Of a DNA stretch of 52,284 nucleotides, positions 46,563 to 52,284 are shown piece after piece (the stretch's first letter is position 1; each line of letters begins with the position of its first letter). Location: positions 1 to 52,284 of the IMG/VR virus record IMGVR_UViG_3300015050_001030; one strand, given 5' to 3'. Both the position numbers and the translations under genes were made by a program. The notes under the pieces were generated by a model that saw only the letters and a list, made by a program, of their open reading frames with translations, had not been told where the DNA came from and did not search any database. The stretch is from a virus (lineage: Duplodnaviria; Caudoviricetes).

Positions 46563-47002
46563 GGGCTGTCGACCCCTGCTTCTACGGTCGGCTTGGAGTA
46601 CTCTACTAGGTTGTCAACGCGTACACTCTCCAAGCGATGACCCTTACCCTTCTTACTGTCGTACACAGCGACCTTGACTGTTACTTCACTGCCGTTGCCT
46701 ACCTGACCAGTAAAACGTTCCTCAATATCCTTACTACTTGCAAGGAAAATGTGAGGAGTACCGAACTCTACAAGTTCACCCTTAATAAGCTGGGAGTTCT
46801 TGCGAGCGAACTGGTAGAATTCCCTACCAGTTTCCTTATCCTGCTTTGGCAGGATCTGCATCTCAGAAGCCTTGAACCGTTCCATGGAGTCTTCGTCTAG
46901 GAAGACACCAATAGAGTAACGGTCGTACTTCTGATCCTTTTGTTCCGCGTGAACGCGACACCAGATCGCTTCACCGTGGAAGTAGAAGTGTTCAGTAGCC
47001 AT
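46556..47002 (-). CDS. Single-stranded DNA-binding protein (gp2.5-like)
   Basis: VGNGS-x-V-x-V…RLE-x-V-x-V-x-x-LVEY with an acidic tail ending in Trp. Confidence 0.82.
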   Translation of the reverse strand: MATEHFYFHGEAIWCRVHAEQKDQKYDRYSIGVFLDEDSMERFKASEMQILPKQDKETGREFYQFARKNSQLIKGELVEFGTPHIFLASSKDIEERFTGQVGNGSEVTVKVAVYDSKKGKGHRLESVRVDNLVEYSKPTVEAGVDSPW

Positions 47003-47015
47003 TCAAACCTCCTCC

Positions 47016-47237
47016 TTAGTTAAGCGTTACGGGTTTACCACTGTCGTCTTGTTCCATGATCTCTTCGATACCAGGGGCATCCTTGATGTCATAGATGTCA
47101 ACGACTGCTACGTTCTTGCGAGCCTTGAACATTTCAAGCATGATCTTCTTTGCTTCTTCTTCGTTCTCAGCAGCAATAGTCACGACGCCCTCCATTGGGA
47201 TGTCGAAAGTAGTGCTGATGTTATAGACATTACGCAA
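47016..47237 (-). CDS. Small acidic hypothetical protein
   Basis: Motif I-x-AENEEEA; AAGGA RBS. Confidence 0.75.
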   Translation of the reverse strand: MRNVYNISTTFDIPMEGVVTIAAENEEEAKKIMLEMFKARKNVAVVDIYDIKDAPGIEEIMEQDDSGKPVTLN

Positions 47238-47291
47238 ATGATTAATCCTTTTTATTATTGTTGGAATACTTTGTAGTCAAGGCTGTTATTA

Positions 47292-49148
47292 TTAGTGGGT
47301 GTCTCTCCAGTTCTGTCCAATTGCGCTGCTTCCTGAGAAGGGGCATCGAAGGTTGAATTGTTCTCCGACGATGCGGATAGCATCTCGCTGAGTAGACGCA
47401 ACAAACTCTGCAACATCTAAACCTCCCCATACTTCTGTCTGCCACTCATCGTGAACGAAGTTAACTAACTTGTACTTGATGTTTTCTTTATCAAGGATAC
47501 TCTTCCACAACCGAAGAGCATGCTTCATAATACAGGCTTCTCCGTTCTGGAGGTAGCCTGCTAGCATCAAGTGTTCCGAATCGCATCGAACAAGTCGTCC
47601 GTCAAAGCCTTGGAAGAATCCCCTGATTGCATCTCGTGGGATAGCTTCTCGTTTAAGTGCTGCAAGTCCCGGGTAAGATTCGATGAATCGAGCCTTAGCC
47701 ACAGCACCTTCCCTAGTGCTTCGTTTGAGTATCTGCCCGACTTTCGCATCTCCTGCTCCAAGTAGAAAAGCATAGATGAAAGTTTTCGAGTCATCTCTAG
47801 GGCAGTCAAGGATGTTGCCGTTAATGCTATGTGGATCGGTTCCGTCTTCTTTTCTTCCATTGATTAAACTTTCTGTAAAGACTGGATCATTTATGTAGTG
47901 AGCAAAGATCCTAAGCTGGATACCTTCTGCGTCGGTACCCACCAAGTGGTTACCATCATGGACTCCCCATAGTCCACGCATGTTACTTCCGTATTCGATA
48001 GCGAGCTTAGAAAGTTCTTCTGACTTATACTTGATGCTTTTGATTGCTGCAACGTTTCCAAGATTTGGCTTGGTGTGGGACATGCGGTGTGTCCAAGTTC
48101 CGATTCCGTTGAAGTTAGCGTGAACACATCCGGTAGTATCGTTGTAATTCTCGACCCATTCTTGGAGCGTTCGACGACGACCTTCAAGTAATAGCCGTTT
48201 GACGAGTGCTCTAATCCCTTCGGGGGCGGTGTCGGGTAACGTGGAGAGGTTGGTTTCATTTACTTTCCACCCGAAAATCTTGAAACCAGCCAACCGTTCT
48301 TTATCTTTTTCCTTAGCCGCCTCGATGTGGCCTGCTGTTTTATCCGTAGGTTTCCATCCTGCGTCGTTAAGTCTTTCGACAACTTGCTTATTCGAGTTCG
48401 GGTCGAAAGGTTCCCACTTAACAACAGAGAAAGGGGAATCAACATCAAGGCTAGTAATGTCTTTCCATCCTCTGGGGATGGAGGTAAGGGAGATTGTACC
48501 ATGCTTGGTTACTCTTGGGTTGTATTCTCTAACGAAGCGAGCCTTAGGTGGTAGCTGTACAAGAGATCGATCAATGGCAGAAATGTCCGCACATGTTCGA
48601 TTGAGCAATTCAACGGCAGCATCTCTGTCAAATCTAAACCCATCTCTTTGCATTTCATAGCATGATGTAGCGATGTAATGTTCGATGGAGATTGCGTCAT
48701 TGAATTCCTCACGGTCAAGGTGCTTCATACAGGCTAGGTAGACACGATGTGTAAGCTCTACGTCTTGCTCACAGTACTTGATCATCTCTGGGGTGAGACG
48801 AGACCAGTCACTGAAATTCCCCTTAGGGAACTTGAGTCGCTGGCCCCAGGCTTCAAGGCTGTGTCCGCCTTCGATCTTAAAGTTTAGAAGACGCGAGAGA
48901 ACAAGAGTATCAACGATGCTGTCAGGATGGATGACACAGCCGAGTAGATTACGAATTGCGGGAGCGTCAAACTGAATGAAGTTGTGTCCGATCCACGTGT
49001 CGACTGTTTTACTGAACTCTTGAAACTCTTTGAAGTCTTCTTCGGTGTACGTTTTACTGTTGCCACTATCTATATCCTTTGTTGAAATACAATATATCTT
49101 TGTTGGTGTTAAACTGTCTGCTTCAATGTCGCAGCATACTCTTACCAA
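47292..49148 (-). CDS. DNA polymerase family A with 3'-5' exonuclease
   Basis: Exo motifs DIE, GHN-x-x-x-FD and YC-x-x-D. Motif A DAEGIQLR, motif B KTFIYAFLLG, motif C VHDE. Confidence 0.95.
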   Translation of the reverse strand: MVRVCCDIEADSLTPTKIYCISTKDIDSGNSKTYTEEDFKEFQEFSKTVDTWIGHNFIQFDAPAIRNLLGCVIHPDSIVDTLVLSRLLNFKIEGGHSLEAWGQRLKFPKGNFSDWSRLTPEMIKYCEQDVELTHRVYLACMKHLDREEFNDAISIEHYIATSCYEMQRDGFRFDRDAAVELLNRTCADISAIDRSLVQLPPKARFVREYNPRVTKHGTISLTSIPRGWKDITSLDVDSPFSVVKWEPFDPNSNKQVVERLNDAGWKPTDKTAGHIEAAKEKDKERLAGFKIFGWKVNETNLSTLPDTAPEGIRALVKRLLLEGRRRTLQEWVENYNDTTGCVHANFNGIGTWTHRMSHTKPNLGNVAAIKSIKYKSEELSKLAIEYGSNMRGLWGVHDGNHLVGTDAEGIQLRIFAHYINDPVFTESLINGRKEDGTDPHSINGNILDCPRDDSKTFIYAFLLGAGDAKVGQILKRSTREGAVAKARFIESYPGLAALKREAIPRDAIRGFFQGFDGRLVRCDSEHLMLAGYLQNGEACIMKHALRLWKSILDKENIKYKLVNFVHDEWQTEVWGGLDVAEFVASTQRDAIRIVGEQFNLRCPFSGSSAIGQNWRDTH

Positions 49149-49293
49149 TGTAAATTCCCCTTAATACTACAACCTCTTCTTTCAGATGCATCAGGGCCGA
49201 ATAGGTCCGACAAGTCCCTTATTTCACAGCTTGAAAACTATCTGTGCGTATTATTAACGTCGGAGGAGGATAACTTACTGCATCACTCGCCAA

Positions 49294-49461
49294 TCATCCC
49301 CACTCTACAATACGATAGTTAACTTCCGTTGTACCGTGGTCGTCAATGTCCACGTCACGACACACTTCAGCGTCGTACATAGTCTTACACACTCCGATGA
49401 CTTCACCGAAGCCCGTCTCCTTGTCCCGAGCCAGGACGATGTACTGTGTACTAGAACTCAT
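49294..49461 (-). CDS. Small hypothetical protein (55 aa, MSSSTQYIVLARDK…); not in the ORF track
   Basis: ATGA overlap with the UDG stop; GGAG RBS. Confidence 0.65.
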   Translation of the reverse strand: MSSSTQYIVLARDKETGFGEVIGVCKTMYDAEVCRDVDIDDHGTTEVNYRIVEWG

Positions 49462-50153
49462 AGTCTCCAGAACTCCTTATCTATACCTAACATGGTACAT
49501 GTCTGACTAAATGGTTTACTTCCTTTAAACTGTATGTCTCCCTTACCTGGGTGAGCTTGGGCTAGTGGTGAAGGATGACTGCAAGTGAGAGACATGTTAG
49601 TGTCGACAGTCCTAACCCTACGTCGATGTATTATAGGCTTGAACTGTTGGGCTCTTCGTCCCCACAGGTGCCACACCCGGTCCCCGGGCAACCCTGACAA
49701 CCACCGTATCGTTTCATAAGTAAACATCTCCCAATCATTAAGGTGAGCACCACGCTTACCTTGTTCAGTCGTTAACGCCGTGTTAAGTAAGAGCACGCCT
49801 CGCTCAGCCCAAGGAGTAAGGTCCCCACTACGAGGAAAGGGATAGCCAAGATCACTAGAATACTCATTAAGAATATTCCTAAGGGACGCGGGTATTGCTT
49901 TAACGTGAGGACACACACTAAAGGCAAGGCCGTTAGCATCTCCTCTCTTGGGGTAAGGATCTTGTCCAAGGATTACTACCTTTACATCTTCAGGCTTGAC
50001 AAGCTCAAACGCTTTGTACCGTACGTTATTTACTGGTATTACGTCGTTGCCTCTTAGTTCTGGCATGTGCTTCCAGCCTGGATTCTTTTCCCAAGCTTCC
50101 AGTGGGTTGTCCCACACTAGGCTGTTGGGGTTTGGTACGTGCTTCATACTCAT
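49458..50153 (-). CDS. ung: Uracil-DNA glycosylase, family 1
   Basis: Motifs VKVVILGQDPY, A-x-GLAFSV, SLRNI, GVLLLNTALT and HPSPL. Confidence 0.93.
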   Translation of the reverse strand: MSMKHVPNPNSLVWDNPLEAWEKNPGWKHMPELRGNDVIPVNNVRYKAFELVKPEDVKVVILGQDPYPKRGDANGLAFSVCPHVKAIPASLRNILNEYSSDLGYPFPRSGDLTPWAERGVLLLNTALTTEQGKRGAHLNDWEMFTYETIRWLSGLPGDRVWHLWGRRAQQFKPIIHRRRVRTVDTNMSLTCSHPSPLAQAHPGKGDIQFKGSKPFSQTCTMLGIDKEFWRL

Positions 50154-50188
50154 CCTTTAACTTATTAAACCTAACACCCCAGGCACCA

Positions 50189-51787
50189 TCAGAAAGTCGG
50201 CTTGTACTCATCAATGCCTCCTATGTCCTTAGCTTCTAGCTCTTTGACTGTGAAGTCTTTGGCATTGAACCAGAGTATCCCAGCAGGGCCTGATGAACTA
50301 GCGAAGCGATTGCCACGACAGATAAGTTTGGTTTGATTCCGTACATCGTAACTATCAGCTTCAATGTCACGATCAAGATGTAGTAGGAGATCTGCGACCT
50401 TACTGATGTTACGACTACCCCTAGTCTGTCCGTTGTCGTTAACATGAGACACCAAGAATAATGTGAAGTCTAGTTCTCTGGTCATCATAGCCAGCTTAGT
50501 ACTTAGGTAGTCTAGCTTGGTACGTTCGTCTTCGTTCTCAAACCCAGTGACCAACATAGTTATGTGGTCAAGAAATATAAATTTACAATGTTGTACACCG
50601 ACCAGATACCGAATAACGTCAAGGATATTATCGGGATCATCCGATCCAAAGTGTTTGTAAAAGTGTAACCTTCCATCACGTCTGACCAACTTTTTGAACG
50701 CATCAAGTTGATCAGAAACAGAAACCCCAGCATCAGGAAGATGACTAGCAATTCCGAGCTCATAGCTTGTAAGACCTTGGACACTGCGCTTCTCCTGCTC
50801 TTCTAGATGGATGATACCGATGTTGTAGTCAGTAGTCTTCAGGAGATGGTGCTCGATAGCACGGATGATTTCAGTCTTACCGACCTTCTCAAGCGCAGTA
50901 AAGAGCACCAACTCCTTTGAGCGAATGCCGTACGTCATTTCCTGGAGCGACGGGAAAGGGTACGAGGCTATCGCTTTATTGTCTTCTGATTTGAGAATGT
51001 TTTCAATGTCGTCGAAGCTGTTGATAACCCCTTGTGGGAGATAGTTCTTAGCGTTCCACCAAGCCTTTGTGAACTCGCCCATCTTCCCAGCTTTGAGGTA
51101 GTCATTAGCATCCTTAAGTCCGAGCTTGACATGGAACACTTTGTTGCCATCAAACAACCCCTGAAGAGAGCGTGCCGCCTTCTCTCCTGCAACATCGTTG
51201 TCAAAGCAGACATAGATTTTATCAAATGAGTTCAACCATTTGAATGATCGTTCGCAGTCGCGCCGAGCCGATGTAGCTCCCTTAATGCTGACGACCGGGT
51301 ATTTGGATCCAAGCATTTGGAACGCAGAGAGGCAATCCTCCTCGCCTTCAACAATGGTGACAGCATTAGCAGATCCCGGACCAAAATTCTCTTGCCCGAA
51401 TAAGCATTCGTACTCACGAAAGTTTCCTTCAGTTGTTACATCTTTGTTGAGCGTCTTAACCTTAAGTGCTTGATCACCATAAGGATATTGGAAGGCCACG
51501 GGCTCACCGTTAGGAGATACCCTGCACTTGACAGAGTATTTCTTAAAGGTGTCAACCGTTATACCTCGGTGACTCACGTACTGTAGTGTGTAGTCTGTCA
51601 ATGATTCATCCTTTCTGAGACTAAGGTAACAATCTTTCGCCTCTGTGTCAATACCTTTTTTATGATTTCCGCAAGAAAAGCAGAACGAATGCCCGTCGTC
51701 ATACGTAGACAGGGCATCCGAACTACCGCAGTTATCACAGGGCTGGTGAGCACGTATTAAATTACTCTTCTCCTGCGAGTATTTCAT
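50189..51787 (-). CDS. Primase-helicase (T7 gp4-like)
   Basis: Zn ribbon CDNC…CFSC, TOPRIM EGEED/FDND/KDAND, Walker A GKT, FLDH, RGS. Confidence 0.95.
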   Translation of the reverse strand: MKYSQEKSNLIRAHQPCDNCGSSDALSTYDDGHSFCFSCGNHKKGIDTEAKDCYLSLRKDESLTDYTLQYVSHRGITVDTFKKYSVKCRVSPNGEPVAFQYPYGDQALKVKTLNKDVTTEGNFREYECLFGQENFGPGSANAVTIVEGEEDCLSAFQMLGSKYPVVSIKGATSARRDCERSFKWLNSFDKIYVCFDNDVAGEKAARSLQGLFDGNKVFHVKLGLKDANDYLKAGKMGEFTKAWWNAKNYLPQGVINSFDDIENILKSEDNKAIASYPFPSLQEMTYGIRSKELVLFTALEKVGKTEIIRAIEHHLLKTTDYNIGIIHLEEQEKRSVQGLTSYELGIASHLPDAGVSVSDQLDAFKKLVRRDGRLHFYKHFGSDDPDNILDVIRYLVGVQHCKFIFLDHITMLVTGFENEDERTKLDYLSTKLAMMTRELDFTLFLVSHVNDNGQTRGSRNISKVADLLLHLDRDIEADSYDVRNQTKLICRGNRFASSSGPAGILWFNAKDFTVKELEAKDIGGIDEYKPTF

Positions 51788-52118
51788 CGTCGTTTAACAA
51801 CTCCACAATTTCATTATAGTTCTCATGGTCTTTATTCAAATGATCAAACATATTCATATTGTTATTGGAGTCTTGACTAGCATTCCAACAACGCATACAG
51901 ATAGGATCTTTAGTCTTTGGATCTATAAAAACCAAGTTCTTTGACCGCTTACTTGGCTTTTTAAAACCCAAAGCTTCTGAGTAAAGGCTATCAGGATTTG
52001 ATTCGGAGAAGTCACAAAGCCTACATCGTTCGTAAGTTATCTCACGACCTATACTTTTGTGACCTCTACCAGAATCATTCCACTTCTTAGAGTTATCGTG
52101 TACTTTTCTTTTTATCAT
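51762..52118 (-). CDS. Putative Zn-binding protein (CxxC…CxxC)
   Basis: CRLC and CMRC; coupled to the ATP-grasp and primase genes. Confidence 0.7.
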   Translation of the reverse strand: MIKRKVHDNSKKWNDSGRGHKSIGREITYERCRLCDFSESNPDSLYSEALGFKKPSKRSKNLVFIDPKTKDPICMRCWNASQDSNNNMNMFDHLNKDHENYNEIVELLNDDEILAGEE

Positions 52119-52284
52119 TTAAACTGTTCAAACGCCTCCTTGTATTTCTGTACTGTAGTTCCTTCAATGCCTGGGGCAGTGTTCACTTCAAGGACGTAAG
52201 CCTTGTCGTAGTGCTGGTTGTATAGCACGTCGACACCACCGAAGTCAAGACCTAATACTTCCACTGCCTTGACAGCTTGGTCTC
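52115..52284 (-). CDS. ATP-grasp ligase, C-terminal part (…EVNTAPGIEGTTVQKYKEAFEQFK*)
   Basis: In-frame continuation of 1-694. Its TGA overlaps the ATG of the next gene (ATGA). Confidence 0.88.
   Translation of the reverse strand, partial: DQAVKAVEVLGLDFGGVDVLYNQHYDKAYVLEVNTAPGIEGTTVQKYKEAFEQFK
52162..52284. repeat. Terminal exact direct repeat, copy 2
   Basis: Identical to 1-123. Confidence 0.95.

Noticed and set aside
47248-47280. Internal promoter TTGACT…AATAAT after the polymerase gene
   Set aside because: The -10 element and spacing are too weak to call.

Overview
This window is most likely a complete, circularly permuted lytic podophage genome of about 52.16 kb. Bases 1-123 are repeated exactly at 52162-52284, and the join falls inside an ATP-grasp gene. 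There are two convergent arms that meet at a hairpin terminator near 42.3 kb. The + arm (15.5-42.3 kb) carries the terminase subunits, portal, scaffold, capsid, two paralogous tail fibres, an SGNH esterase, a lysis cassette, tail tube proteins and large ejection proteins. The - arm (14.9 kb down to 1, then 52.2 kb down to 42.3 kb) carries early small ORFs, a five-enzyme amide/peptide-ligase cluster, primase-helicase, uracil-DNA glycosylase, family A DNA polymerase, SSB, a Cas4-like nuclease, endonuclease I, class II RNR, MazG-like and DUF5664-like proteins. I recognised no RNA polymerase or integrase. The architecture resembles SIO1/VpV262/PA11-like (Zobellviridae-type) phages, and the host is plausibly alphaproteobacterial; both are inferences. 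The least explained part is the early region at 6.9-13.1 kb. It holds about 1.6 kb of apparently structured non-coding RNA in five blocks, including an elbow-less tRNA-Ile-like gene, an RNA with two T-arms and a multistable leader. It also encodes an EF-P domain-I look-alike lacking the modified Lys, directly upstream of the ligase cluster. All protein calls come from motif recognition by eye, with no database searches.
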